A stretch of 64,000 bases of DNA from an uncultured bacterium (GCA_963713925.1 OY970212.1:928001-992000); one strand, 5' to 3'. Shown: positions 9,680-19,714, counted from the stretch's first letter. Program-made: numbers and translations. The notes: generated by a model not told the origin, from the sequence alone.

Positions 9680-11281
9680 TTATGAAACGGTGCAACTCTT
9701 TTTTTTGCCAAATCGTTCAAGCAAGCCATCTATTATTTTTCTATCTGCCGAACAAATGTTAGGTCTTATATCTTCCAAAACTTTCACATGAGCAGCGATG
9801 ACCGCCGGATCAACAGGATTTCGAGAGTCTTTTCCTAAAACATAAAAAAGGGATAGTGGCAATTCTTTGAGTGTCGCTTTTTCCATCTTAAGATCCGTAT
9901 CATATACGCTGATTTCCCAGCGAAACTTTCCATCGGAGCCTAGATAATTTTCGCGTAATAACTTTCCATTTGAAGAAAAAATAGCCCTCCGCGGACAATA
10001 CATTGACCGCTCCCCAAAATAGGGCGCCAAATGAATGCGACAAGCATCTTTATTCCCACAGACATCCGAGACACTAAGCGGTATATCATTACAATAAAAA
10101 GCTCTTTTCCCCCGCCTATGCATACTTAAAGATGTCCCTGCAATAAGAGCATAATCTTTCAAGGAAATAACCTTTGCTTTTTCTCTGCTCACGAACACTA
10201 TCTTTTTATCATCTGGTGAAATTGCAAGATCTCTGAAGCCCGGCACCTTGAGGCTGCTCCCCCCCTCCCATAGAGGGTCAAGGGTATGCGCATCGAATAA
10301 AAATAATCTTTCAGAATCCCTTGAGAGATCCTTTTCAACCACTGCTAAACAATTACCATCATGAGTATATTTCAGGCAAATAGGCTTCCCCCATGTTTTA
10401 CATTTTATTTGAACCCTATTATCTTTTCTATCGAACAAAGCAAGCGATCTTATCCCCCCAATTGCAAGAGTTTTGGCATCGGGAGCAAGAGAATGTGCGT
10501 ACATTGCTGGTATTTGTGTCTGCGAAAAATCAATGAATTCTTTTTGATCTAAAGCCAAGCAATCAATAAATTCTATCGTTTTATTTGTATCATCACAGCA
10601 CATGAGTAACGAATCATGAAAATCCGAGAAAGCTATAGTATGTTGAGTAACTGGAAAGGTGCTCAAAACTTCTCCCGAACTAGTTGCGATAATCTTAACC
10701 GTTTTTTCTCTGAAATTGTTCTTTTTTGATAAAAGCGCATACGTACCCAAGATTGAACATCCTTTCAATCGAAAGCCTTCTTCAACATCAAATCTTTTAT
10801 GCAGTTCAAAATCATCGATTTTATCAAATGGTCCCAAAAATCGCACCATCGACATACACTTTTGTTTCAATGCATCTTTCCAACTGCCATGAGCATCAAA
10901 CACAGCAACGATGTCACGTCCTTGAGATGCAAACCGATCTTGCAAGAGCATATTCGCAGTTGCGAACATATTTTTTGGAGCTTCAAGATGATCGAGAAGA
11001 TCTGCCACTTCCACCACTTGCTTGGTTGTCATCTGTGAATAATCCGGTCCGGTTTCTTTTAAAATGGATTTCATTGCTTCTGCTGTTCCAAAATCCATTG
11101 GAACGGCATTGCCCGATCCCACTATATTTTTGAAAAAATCAAATTTCTCAAGTGAAGCGCATGGAGCTTCCACTATTCCATCAGAAAATTGCAATAACAA
11201 GTTATTCGAAACGTCTTGTCTATCAGCCGCATGCGCAGTAAAGATTGCGCATAGAAACAACATCGTTCTTTTTTTGTACAT
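9680..11281 (-). CDS. Secreted beta-propeller protein with C-terminal CaaX
   Basis: Signal peptide ending AHAAD; LAPD/ISPD blades; ends KKKSCTVS. Confidence 0.8.
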   Translation of the reverse strand: MYKKRTMLFLCAIFTAHAADRQDVSNNLLLQFSDGIVEAPCASLEKFDFFKNIVGSGNAVPMDFGTAEAMKSILKETGPDYSQMTTKQVVEVADLLDHLEAPKNMFATANMLLQDRFASQGRDIVAVFDAHGSWKDALKQKCMSMVRFLGPFDKIDDFELHKRFDVEEGFRLKGCSILGTYALLSKKNNFREKTVKIIATSSGEVLSTFPVTQHTIAFSDFHDSLLMCCDDTNKTIEFIDCLALDQKEFIDFSQTQIPAMYAHSLAPDAKTLAIGGIRSLALFDRKDNRVQIKCKTWGKPICLKYTHDGNCLAVVEKDLSRDSERLFLFDAHTLDPLWEGGSSLKVPGFRDLAISPDDKKIVFVSREKAKVISLKDYALIAGTSLSMHRRGKRAFYCNDIPLSVSDVCGNKDACRIHLAPYFGERSMYCPRRAIFSSNGKLLRENYLGSDGKFRWEISVYDTDLKMEKATLKELPLSLFYVLGKDSRNPVDPAVIAAHVKVLEDIRPNICSADRKIIDGLLERFGKKKSCTVS

Positions 11282-11379
11282 CAACAATCCTTTCAAATGA
11301 ATATCGCTCTGCTCATTTTTGCTGATATACTATAAAAAAATAAAAACAAAGTCAGTTGTTTATAGAAAATGGATCTCAC

Positions 11380-12126
11380 ATGATCACACTCAACAGGGGT
11401 GTTTTAATTGCCGTTGAAGGCATCGATGGCTCAGGAAAAAGTAGCCTAGTAAAAAATTTAAGCGCACTGCTTGAAAAAGCCGGTTTGCCCGTGCGCACAA
11501 CGCGCGAACCGGGGGCAACTCCTTTGGGCAAGCAACTGCGCACATTGGTGCAAGAAAAATCGGTTGCCATATGCCCCGAAGCAGAATTTTTACTGTTTGC
11601 TGCCGATCGGGCCCAACATATGCATGAGATTGTGCTCCCCGCATTGGCACAAAACAAGATTGTCATCTCCGATCGCATGAAAGATTCGTCACTGGTGTAT
11701 CAAGGATATGGCAGAGGATTGGATCGAACATTCATCAACACCGTCAATTCTTGGACAATGCAAAATCGAGAACCGGATCTGACTTTGTATGTAAACGTTG
11801 ACATACAGACAGCTTCAGAGCGAATTAAAAAACGGAATGAGAAATTAACTTCTTTTGAAAAAGAACATGCTCAATTTATTCAAAAGCTCATCGATGGATT
11901 TAATGATCTGTATTATACCCCATATCGAAGCTCGATGGGAGCCACACATACCCCATCTCGAAGCTCGATGGGGGCCCCGGATTTAAGTAGAACGCAAAGT
12001 GCTGAAGCAAGACATGCCTCAAGTGTAATTATTTTGGATGGAAATCTTGATGAGCAAACCGTTGCTCACACCGCTTACAAGGAGTTGACCACATGGATGC
12101 AACAACAATCAGTCATAAACAACTGA
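11380..12126 (+). CDS. tmk: Thymidylate kinase with in-frame repeat insertion
   Basis: EGIDGSGKS P-loop, TREPG, LFAADRAQH, SDR, YQGYGRG. Confidence 0.96.
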   Translation: MITLNRGVLIAVEGIDGSGKSSLVKNLSALLEKAGLPVRTTREPGATPLGKQLRTLVQEKSVAICPEAEFLLFAADRAQHMHEIVLPALAQNKIVISDRMKDSSLVYQGYGRGLDRTFINTVNSWTMQNREPDLTLYVNVDIQTASERIKKRNEKLTSFEKEHAQFIQKLIDGFNDLYYTPYRSSMGATHTPSRSSMGAPDLSRTQSAEARHASSVIILDGNLDEQTVAHTAYKELTTWMQQQSVINN

Positions 12127-12863
12127 ATCAACTCGATCAACTGCATATCCCACCCGCACAAATCTGGTTTGGCCCGGACGAGACTGCATTATCCGAAGCA
12201 ATCAAATGGCTGCAAAAAACGATTGCACACGGACATTCAGACGCCACTTGTTACACTTGCAATGCCATTCGGACACATGAATACGCATCAGTCTATTGGC
12301 TCAAGCCTGAAAAGAATTATGTGCTTGAAGATCTTGAGGATGTCTTTCAACTCTGTGCATTCAAACGAGATGCACATGATCCTTTTTTTATCATCTTTCA
12401 ACGAGCAGAAACCTTGAGCGCGCAATGCGCCAACAGTTTGCTCAAACTTGTGGAAGAACCACCGACCGGTTACCATTTTCTCTTTTTGACCAACAAGCTT
12501 GAAGCGATTTTGCCAACCATTCGCTCCCGCTGCCATATTCATACATTATCAGCTGTCGCCGATGCGACATACCCATCAACACTCATTGAACTACTTCTGG
12601 AGCAAAAAAATACCGCCCTTGCATTTGCAAAGGAACTTGATGCAATTAAAATTGATGAAGTTGAGAGCATGAAACTGCTCAATGATTTAATAACCATCTG
12701 CACGAATAAAACAAAATCCTCAATCGAACACAATGATACTGCTGCATACGCCTATTGGAATGCGGTGCATTCAGTTGTTCTATCCGGCTTGAAGCAGCCG
12801 CCTATGGCCGGAAGCAGTAAATTGTTTTGGAAGAATCTATATCTACAGTTGCGAGTAAAATAG
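12093..12863 (+). CDS. holB: DNA polymerase III subunit delta' (divergent)
   Basis: ANSLLKLVEEPP and ILPTIRSRC; canonical position after tmk. Confidence 0.88.
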   Translation: MDATTISHKQLNQLDQLHIPPAQIWFGPDETALSEAIKWLQKTIAHGHSDATCYTCNAIRTHEYASVYWLKPEKNYVLEDLEDVFQLCAFKRDAHDPFFIIFQRAETLSAQCANSLLKLVEEPPTGYHFLFLTNKLEAILPTIRSRCHIHTLSAVADATYPSTLIELLLEQKNTALAFAKELDAIKIDEVESMKLLNDLITICTNKTKSSIEHNDTAAYAYWNAVHSVVLSGLKQPPMAGSSKLFWKNLYLQLRVK

Positions 12864-12877
12864 ATTTTGTACATTTT

Positions 12878-14200
12878 TTATTTTACCGCTTTATGCAAAT
12901 GCGCAAGCATCCAAGGCAATAGCTCTTTAGCTGGTTTTGATTGATCAGAATCTCTCGCTTGAGATATTGTTTCGATGCATTGTGCCAATTCTGATTGATT
13001 GATCTTCTTTTTTCCCACTGCGCACAACATAGACAGCGTCTCAAGTGGAATTTTCTTTAGAAATTTTTCTTGTTCATCCGTAAATTCGATATCACTTACT
13101 TGAATGGTGCTCTGATCAGGAAATAATGCTACTAATTTTCCGTTAATGTAGTCAGTCAGATATGATCTAAAGAAGGGAGTTTTTTGCGGTTCTCCATCTG
13201 TTTTTTCATTCGTAACCCAACAGGAGCCGGCTTTTTTCAAATCACGATCGTATCTATGAAAATGAAGAACAAGCTCATCCCCTTTTTTTGATCTTCTAAT
13301 ATATTCTGACGGCTCAAAGTCTTGTGGTTTTCTCTTCTCAACCAGACCACTAGCAATATCTATATGATAATTAACAAACTTATTACGTATTGCTATTTTA
13401 TTATCAGTTGTAAACTCCACTGAAGGAAATGGCGCATAGTTACAGTTTGTTCTAACTTCAATACATTTTATTTTACCGTCGGTTATATCCACTATATGTA
13501 AATACCTACCATCATACAAAGCAAGGATTGATTTATCTGGAGCAAAAATCATTTTATAATTTTTGCTTTCGCTTTGATACGGCAATTTAAAAATTCTCTG
13601 CCAGTGTAATAAGTCGGTTGATAGATCAAATAATTCTATCAGATCTTTAGAATGAATTGCCACACGGAGTGAATCTGGTGAAAAAATTGTTAATTGAGAA
13701 TCTAGTCCTCCATATGGCATAGTAGCAACTTTCGTGCTCACGGGCATCTCTACGAATGGTGCGACAAATCTCAATCGACTCACTATAAGATCTTGAAATT
13801 CATACATAAAATTTTCCGGTACATCGATATTTTTCATACTATGTCCAATAAAAAATTTTTCACTCATCCGTTCAATAATAGGCTGCGCCAAATCTGCGCA
13901 AGCAACTCCTTTATCAATATAGTGCAGCATAAGTCCCAGTTTTTTAAATGGCGTCCGCTGTAATGCTGAGGGACCTTGTTCTTTTAAATTTGATAATGAA
14001 TTGATAATGCTTTGGGGTGTTATTTGATATGTAACCTTGGGGCATAAGGATAGGTTATCTAAATTAAATTGTTTTTTTTGTTCTGCAGAGAGTATTATCG
14101 AAGAATTGTCACGAAATTTAATCAATGATGGTGATTCTTCTGCTGCAGATATAGATAAAGATGAAATAGTGACTAAAGCAAGCAAGTTGTAATACAACAT
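12878..14200 (-). CDS. Secreted beta-propeller protein (third family member)
   Basis: Start re-placed at MLYYN (signal peptide ending ISAAEE); FSPD/FAPD blades; C-terminal FLKKIPLETLSMLC shared with paralogues. Confidence 0.75.
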   Translation of the reverse strand: MLYYNLLALVTISSLSISAAEESPSLIKFRDNSSIILSAEQKKQFNLDNLSLCPKVTYQITPQSIINSLSNLKEQGPSALQRTPFKKLGLMLHYIDKGVACADLAQPIIERMSEKFFIGHSMKNIDVPENFMYEFQDLIVSRLRFVAPFVEMPVSTKVATMPYGGLDSQLTIFSPDSLRVAIHSKDLIELFDLSTDLLHWQRIFKLPYQSESKNYKMIFAPDKSILALYDGRYLHIVDITDGKIKCIEVRTNCNYAPFPSVEFTTDNKIAIRNKFVNYHIDIASGLVEKRKPQDFEPSEYIRRSKKGDELVLHFHRYDRDLKKAGSCWVTNEKTDGEPQKTPFFRSYLTDYINGKLVALFPDQSTIQVSDIEFTDEQEKFLKKIPLETLSMLCAVGKKKINQSELAQCIETISQARDSDQSKPAKELLPWMLAHLHKAVK

Positions 14201-14322
14201 GACAACCTTTCCTTGAATTGCATACACGTAATGTAATTTTGTCTTGCGCACAGTATATGCAGTTTTCGCCCAACGTACAATCTCTTTGCTTTCGATGCTC
14301 AAACAGTCTAGACTCGGACATG

Positions 14323-14354
14323 ATCCGCCTTCGCTAAAGCTATGGCGTGACAAG
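14323..14354. repeat. Family E palindromic repeat (intergenic)
   Basis: ATCCGCCTTCGCTAAAGCTATGGCGTGACAAG; 26/32 identical to reverse complement of 42183-42214. Confidence 0.8.
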
Positions 14355-14451
14355 AACTGCGATTGACGGTTCGCAGCGAGGAACCTATCCCGAAATATAA
14401 AACGTCTTCGGATATAATGAAGCGCAATCCGAATATCAAAGGAGATTTTTT

Positions 14452-15405
14452 GTGGAAAATACGTACACAAAAAAAACAGTCATTGCCATTGGAGCAACAA
14501 CGGTGCTCCATGCAAGTATTCTTTTGTTATTACTTGCTCGATTGTTACTTGATCACACCGATTCTGAAAAAGCATTTCCTTTACCCGAAATTCCTGATAC
14601 CTGGGCGAAGAGAGATGCGCCTATTCGTTTTGTAGATTTTAATGAGTCGGAAAAAGAAACGAATAATCAACAAGAAGCATCATCTGAAGCGCAAATGCAA
14701 AACTCTGTTGAAAAAATGATCGTGGAACCAACATCTATTGCCCCTGAAATCGAAGATAATCAAGAAACGACGACCCAAGAATCACAAGAGCTTCCTCAGG
14801 AAGAAACTCATCAACAAAGTCAAAACGAAGCGCTCACGCACGGTTTTGCGATGAATGTCGAGAATAAACCCGAACCAATCGCCAAAACAGAAGAAAAGAA
14901 ACCAATTACAAAAGAAGTTCGGGTAAAAAAAAGGCCAGCCGAGAAAAAACCTGTGCCCCAAAGAAAATTACCGAAACTCGAAGATTTAACCGACATGTTT
15001 AAAATGCGCATGAACCAACAAGCTCCGGTGGGTGATTTCTTTATGCAAGGTAATCCTCACAACCTACCGCCAGATCAACAAATTATTTTTGAACGTTATC
15101 GAAGCAAATTAAGCGCCATTATCGAACAAGTTAAAAAAGAAAATCCAATGCCGTGCGCGGTGCCGCTGGGAGTCATGATCAAAATCTATTTATCACTCGC
15201 GCAAACCGGTCGATTTAAAGAATTGAAAATCACGCACAGCACTGGATATAACTCGATAGATAATTATTGTATGACGATTTACAAAATAGCGTCCGAACGA
15301 TTCCCACCGATTCCTTCTTGCCTGAAAGAATCGATGTTCAAGGGAACCATCACGCTGCAATCAACTCAGAGTCCACAAGCCGGCGGTTGGTTTTGCTTTA
15401 ACTAA
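14452..15405 (+). CDS. TonB/TolA-like energy transducer protein
   Basis: N-terminal TM with LHAS, E/Q/K/P-rich linker, C-terminal STGYNSID...FPPIP domain. Confidence 0.7.
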   Translation: MENTYTKKTVIAIGATTVLHASILLLLLARLLLDHTDSEKAFPLPEIPDTWAKRDAPIRFVDFNESEKETNNQQEASSEAQMQNSVEKMIVEPTSIAPEIEDNQETTTQESQELPQEETHQQSQNEALTHGFAMNVENKPEPIAKTEEKKPITKEVRVKKRPAEKKPVPQRKLPKLEDLTDMFKMRMNQQAPVGDFFMQGNPHNLPPDQQIIFERYRSKLSAIIEQVKKENPMPCAVPLGVMIKIYLSLAQTGRFKELKITHSTGYNSIDNYCMTIYKIASERFPPIPSCLKESMFKGTITLQSTQSPQAGGWFCFN

Positions 15406-15504
15406 GTGATGGACATTTTTAAAAAAAATTTCTATAAAAAGCTAAGGCATCTGATATTTCGATGCATTGAAGCATTATTAAAAAAGTTTTTCACATTTAT
15501 TAAA

Positions 15505-15529
15505 GGGGCCCCCAAACATACTTGGGGGT
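15505..15529. repeat. Family A repeat (short copy) upstream of the glycosyltransferase start
   Basis: GGGGCCCCCAAACATACTTGGGGGT. Confidence 0.65.
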
Positions 15530-15543
15530 GTAGTGGTTGGTAC

Positions 15544-16791
15544 ATGAAGCGTTTTCTCATTCTTTTATCATGCATTTTTTCATTTTCAATTTTTATACCC
15601 CATACCGTGTACGGGGGCCTCAACTCTCACACCTATGACCCGGTGCTTGCCATTGTGATCATGGTCAAAAATGAGCAAGATAATATCGTCAAAACGCTCG
15701 AACCATACGTGCAAGCCGGCATCAACTCATATCTGGTATTTGATACAGGTTCTACTGATCAGACGATAGAAGTTATTTCAAACTATTTTGTAGAACAGGG
15801 TGTTACCGACGCCCACATCAGACAAGAACCGTTTATCGACTTTGCGACCTCACGCAATCGCGCACTTGATTTGGCGCAAGAAATTTTTCCAAATGCCGGT
15901 TTTTTTCTCATGCCCGATGCTGAATGGTATATGGAACATGCAGACTCGCTCGTGAAATTTTGTGATAACGAATTAGAATCAGGAAATGCGCGTGAATTAT
16001 ACTTAGTTCGTATCGGCAATGAGTATATCGATTTCTTCCATGCCCGATTATTTAAGGGAGACACCAAGATTCGTTTTGTCGGAAGTGTACACGAAATACC
16101 GAGTCAGGGAACTGGAAATAAAACGCCGCATGAGGTGTTCTTTCATTGGATGCCGTCAAAACTCGGTGCTGAAAAATCATTTGCACGATGGAAACGAGAT
16201 AAAGTCTTGCTTGAAAAAGATTACGCAAAAGACCCGCTCAATGCGCGAACGCTTTTCTATTTAGCTCAAACATATTCGCTGCTTGGAGAAGCAGAAAAAG
16301 CTGCCGAATTTTATCTCAAACGAACTCAAGTGCCAGGATTTGTCGAAGAAACATATGTAGCATGGTATCGCCTGGGACATATGTATGCAACGCTCTGTTC
16401 GCAAGGAAAAGCTTCTTGGGCATTCGCGCTGCTCTATTATATGCAGGCCTTTGCGTATAGACCGTGTCGAGCAGAACCGTTAATCACACTTGCTCGCCAC
16501 TATGTTGAAGAAGGAAATTATGATCTTGCCTATCTCTATGCACGCCGCGCCTGCGAAATTCCATATCCGGCACAGGATATCTTGTTTATCGATAAAAATC
16601 TCTACGATTATGATCGATATGAAATACTTTCGCGTGCATGTGTGTATGTGAAAGACTACATTGTGGGAGAATGGGCAACACTCAAGGCATTGGCAATCCA
16701 TCCTGATGACCAACGCTTACGAAATAATTTAAAACTACATGAGCTCCAAAAAAAGGGTCTTTCCTCTCAAACTATGACTGCCGCTGCATAA
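15544..16791 (+). CDS. GT2-family glycosyltransferase with TPR repeats and signal peptide
   Basis: IMVKNEQ, DTGSTD, DFATSRN, DAE, VGSVHE, then FYLAQTY TPRs; start placed at MKRFL. Confidence 0.88.
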   Translation: MKRFLILLSCIFSFSIFIPHTVYGGLNSHTYDPVLAIVIMVKNEQDNIVKTLEPYVQAGINSYLVFDTGSTDQTIEVISNYFVEQGVTDAHIRQEPFIDFATSRNRALDLAQEIFPNAGFFLMPDAEWYMEHADSLVKFCDNELESGNARELYLVRIGNEYIDFFHARLFKGDTKIRFVGSVHEIPSQGTGNKTPHEVFFHWMPSKLGAEKSFARWKRDKVLLEKDYAKDPLNARTLFYLAQTYSLLGEAEKAAEFYLKRTQVPGFVEETYVAWYRLGHMYATLCSQGKASWAFALLYYMQAFAYRPCRAEPLITLARHYVEEGNYDLAYLYARRACEIPYPAQDILFIDKNLYDYDRYEILSRACVYVKDYIVGEWATLKALAIHPDDQRLRNNLKLHELQKKGLSSQTMTAAA

Positions 16792-18202
16792 CCCATTGAT
16801 GCGCGCGCTCAAGCAAATCTTGTTTGGTAAGAGTGTGATCTTCGATCTGAAGAGCATATAAATGATCAAGCAGTTCGCCCATGCTTGGCCCGGGAGCTAT
16901 GATGTTCATGACATCTCGGCCCAACACAAGCGGCTCTTCAGGCTTATATTCAATATGAAGTTCGCTCACAATGGACAAGAACAGATCAATCTGTGCTATT
17001 TCTATTCGTAACGGCTCATGCCCTTTCGGATTACGCCCACGCTTGTCAGCTTGTGCTAATTGCGCAAGCATCGCCATATTGGTGTAGGGAGCCAGTTTGA
17101 GCGCAAGCCGTTTGTATGCGCTCTTGCCAGATTTTTGTTCAACAAATACTATTGGATCCAGGTGATAGCGCACTAGCCGCTCAACTGCCGCGATAAGCAT
17201 TCCGTTTGCGGTAACACGTTTGAGCATTGAGCGCGCAAGCGGCACACCTTCAACTTGATGATTGTGGCTGATGATTTTTCCATCTTCTGTTTCAGTCGTT
17301 CCGACTTTTCCTAAATCATGACAAACTGCCGCCCAAGAAAGAATAACTTTTTCAAGCCCTTGATAGTGAGCATAATAAACGGCATCAAGTGTCTGCATAG
17401 AATGCTCAAATACATCACCTTCCGGATGCCATTGTCGATCTTGCACAACTCCCTTTGTTGCAGCAAGCTCCGGTAAAATTTCTTTTAATCGATCAATATC
17501 TTCCAACCAGCGAACTCCGAGTGATGCTCTTTTGGAGCGTAAAAATAATTTTTCGAATTCAACTTCAATGCGTTCACGCGCAATCTGAGAAATGTCCATA
17601 GTCCGACAAACCTCAGTCAGCTCTTGATCGGGATACATCTCAAATCGACCAATAAATTGCATGACGCGATAAAATCTGAGTGGATCTTGCAAGAAAAATG
17701 AAGCATTGGGAGCTCGCAATGTTTTTGTGATCAGGTCATGCAATCCATGAAAAGGATCTATCAATTCAGATGTGACCATATCGATTCCCATTGCATTGAT
17801 CGTCAGATCACGTCGTGCAAATGCTTGCTCAATCGGAAGATCAATTTTCGTTTGCACAATCGGCTTTCTACCGGCACTATCAATACGAGGAACAGACCAA
17901 TCAATGTCATACTTGGTTAATCGCAACACGCCAAAAGCTTTGCCTACTTCATCAACAAATCCAAACTGCGCCAAAACAGTTTTTAACTGATCGAGGCTCA
18001 TGCCATGAATTTCAATATCAACATCCTTGATCGATAAGCCCAAAAACATATCTCGAACCGCCCCACCCACTAACAAAATGCGAGCTCCATGCGCAGAAAG
18101 AGATGAAATAATTTCACGCAATCCTTTATTTTGATCCAATACGATCTTGATAGTTTTTTGAATCAGATCTGAAGTTTGTATAGAATGGGGGTACTGTGAC
18201 AT
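16772..18202 (-). CDS. cca: CCA-adding tRNA nucleotidyltransferase with HD domain
   Basis: VGGAVRD..DVD, RRDLTINA, DPLR, WHPEGDV, CHDLGK. Confidence 0.93.
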   Translation of the reverse strand: MSQYPHSIQTSDLIQKTIKIVLDQNKGLREIISSLSAHGARILLVGGAVRDMFLGLSIKDVDIEIHGMSLDQLKTVLAQFGFVDEVGKAFGVLRLTKYDIDWSVPRIDSAGRKPIVQTKIDLPIEQAFARRDLTINAMGIDMVTSELIDPFHGLHDLITKTLRAPNASFFLQDPLRFYRVMQFIGRFEMYPDQELTEVCRTMDISQIARERIEVEFEKLFLRSKRASLGVRWLEDIDRLKEILPELAATKGVVQDRQWHPEGDVFEHSMQTLDAVYYAHYQGLEKVILSWAAVCHDLGKVGTTETEDGKIISHNHQVEGVPLARSMLKRVTANGMLIAAVERLVRYHLDPIVFVEQKSGKSAYKRLALKLAPYTNMAMLAQLAQADKRGRNPKGHEPLRIEIAQIDLFLSIVSELHIEYKPEEPLVLGRDVMNIIAPGPSMGELLDHLYALQIEDHTLTKQDLLERAHQWVMQRQS

Positions 18203-18281
18203 ATTTTAATTCCATGTAAGGAAAATTATGAATATAGAACTTACCAATTTTACACCCTACGCTTGTGAAGAACGAGAGCGG

Positions 18282-19268
18282 ATGATTCACGTAAAAGCCC
18301 CCTTAATCGGGCCCCAAGCGAAGCAAATGCGAAGCTTGGGTATTTTACAGCATATCCTCGTATCGCTGGTTTTATCAACCCTCATTTCCACAAAAAATTT
18401 ATTTGGCGACTCGGAAAGCTCCTGGAAATCATGGCTTCCATGGCCTGCGAAAAAGTGGGAAAAATCGACCGAAACAATTACGTCCCAACTGAATCATCCA
18501 TCGTGTACGCTTGTCATCAATAATACACATGGCTCAATTACCTTAAAAACATGGGATAAGGAAAATGCAACGATTGAAATACAAAAAAGTGCTCCCGACA
18601 AAGAAGCTTTGGGAAAGATAAAGATTGAAAAAGTAGAAAAAAGAGATTTATTATCTTTGACGACGCAAGAAGGATCCAATCAACAGGTAGATTATCTCGT
18701 GCTCGTGCCCGCCCATGCGCACGTCCAAATCACAACACAAGATGGTGATATCAATTGCTCCGGCCATTTTTTGGGCAAAATTTCCGCGACGGTTGAAAAA
18801 GGTTCTATTTCAATGGATCATCATACACAGCTTTTTACTGCCTCAACCACAAAAACAGGCGGCATCACCATTCTCCAGGCCGATGGCCCGGTAAATGCAT
18901 CTACTGCGTCTGGCGCAATCGCGGTGAAAAATTCTAAAAATTCAGTCTTGGCAAAGACACAAAACGGCGCCCTATCGATTGACGTCCATTCGCTTCCGAC
19001 CACATCAAAAATTGACGTGAAAACAAATAATGGAACCGTGACACTCAAGCTCGATGCAACTGTTAATGCTGATATTCAAGCAAGCACGCAAAAAGGAACT
19101 CTTATTTCAACGATTCCAATCACTATTAAAAGCTACACAACAACCCTCGGACCGGATAGTTGGAAGCAATTTAAAAAATCAGTTGATGGAACGATTGGTT
19201 CAGGAGAGTCACTTATTTCAATCGCATGCGTTAAAGGATCGATTAAAATAAGTCCATTAAAGGCATAA
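18282..19268 (+). CDS. DUF4097-like beta-strand repeat protein
   Basis: Repeated T..G.I units (TQDGDI, TASGAI, TNNGTV, TQKGTL); start uncertain (18228 or 18282). Confidence 0.75.
   Translation: MIHVKAPLIGPQAKQMRSLGILQHILVSLVLSTLISTKNLFGDSESSWKSWLPWPAKKWEKSTETITSQLNHPSCTLVINNTHGSITLKTWDKENATIEIQKSAPDKEALGKIKIEKVEKRDLLSLTTQEGSNQQVDYLVLVPAHAHVQITTQDGDINCSGHFLGKISATVEKGSISMDHHTQLFTASTTKTGGITILQADGPVNASTASGAIAVKNSKNSVLAKTQNGALSIDVHSLPTTSKIDVKTNNGTVTLKLDATVNADIQASTQKGTLISTIPITIKSYTTTLGPDSWKQFKKSVDGTIGSGESLISIACVKGSIKISPLKA
18308..18341. repeat. Family A repeat in the 5' part of the DUF4097 gene
   Basis: CGGGCCCCAAGCGAAGCAAATGCGAAGCTTGGGT, reads GPQAKQMRSLG in frame. Confidence 0.8.
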
Positions 19269-19295
19269 AATCACGGCCCTTACTGATAACAGTAA

Positions 19296-19439
19296 GAGCT
19301 TATACGAAAATTAAGCTTTCTAACTAAAAAGGGTTGATTTGTCATGCTGAACTTGTTTCAGCATCCAGGTTAAGTAGATCCTGAAATAAATTCAGGATGA
19401 CATAGCAATAAAAAACTTCTGGGATTTTCGGATAAGCTC
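19296..19439. mobile_element. 144-bp MITE with 16-bp terminal inverted repeats and TAA target duplication
   Basis: GAGCTTATACGAAAAT ... ATTTTCGGATAAGCTC (15/16 match), TAA on both flanks, internal double hairpin; partial second copy at 5377. Confidence 0.8.
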
Positions 19440-19460
19440 TAAGATGATGACCGTGAAAAT

Positions 19461-19652
19461 TTATCGTTTTTTTGATGGCGCTTTTGGAACTTTTGCTCCG
19501 GATTTCCGTGCTTCCGAGAGACCAATTGCTATTGCTTGCTTTCTGCTCGTTACTTTTTTACCACTTTTACCGGACTTTAATGTTCCTTCTTTCATCTCAT
19601 GCATTGCGCGTTTCACTTTCGCTTGTGATTTTTTTCCATATTTTCTTGCCAT
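19461..19652 (-). CDS. Small basic protein (DUF6496-like)
   Basis: KVKRAMHEMKEGTLKSG...VTSRKQAIAIGLSEAR; AGGAGG RBS. Confidence 0.85.
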   Translation of the reverse strand: MARKYGKKSQAKVKRAMHEMKEGTLKSGKSGKKVTSRKQAIAIGLSEARKSGAKVPKAPSKKR

Positions 19653-19714
19653 GATAACCTCCTTTTTTTAAATACAATATGCCCCGGCAAAAAACCGGGG
19701 CACATCAAGATTAT

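Noticed and set aside
14201..14470. 90-aa N-terminal extension of the 530-aa ORF
   Set aside because: It runs through a family E repeat and overlaps the divergent gene; a good signal peptide starts at 14200.
15406..15543. Longer start for the glycosyltransferase, which would make the 15505 repeat coding
   Set aside because: The signal peptide begins at 15544, so the repeat was counted as intergenic.
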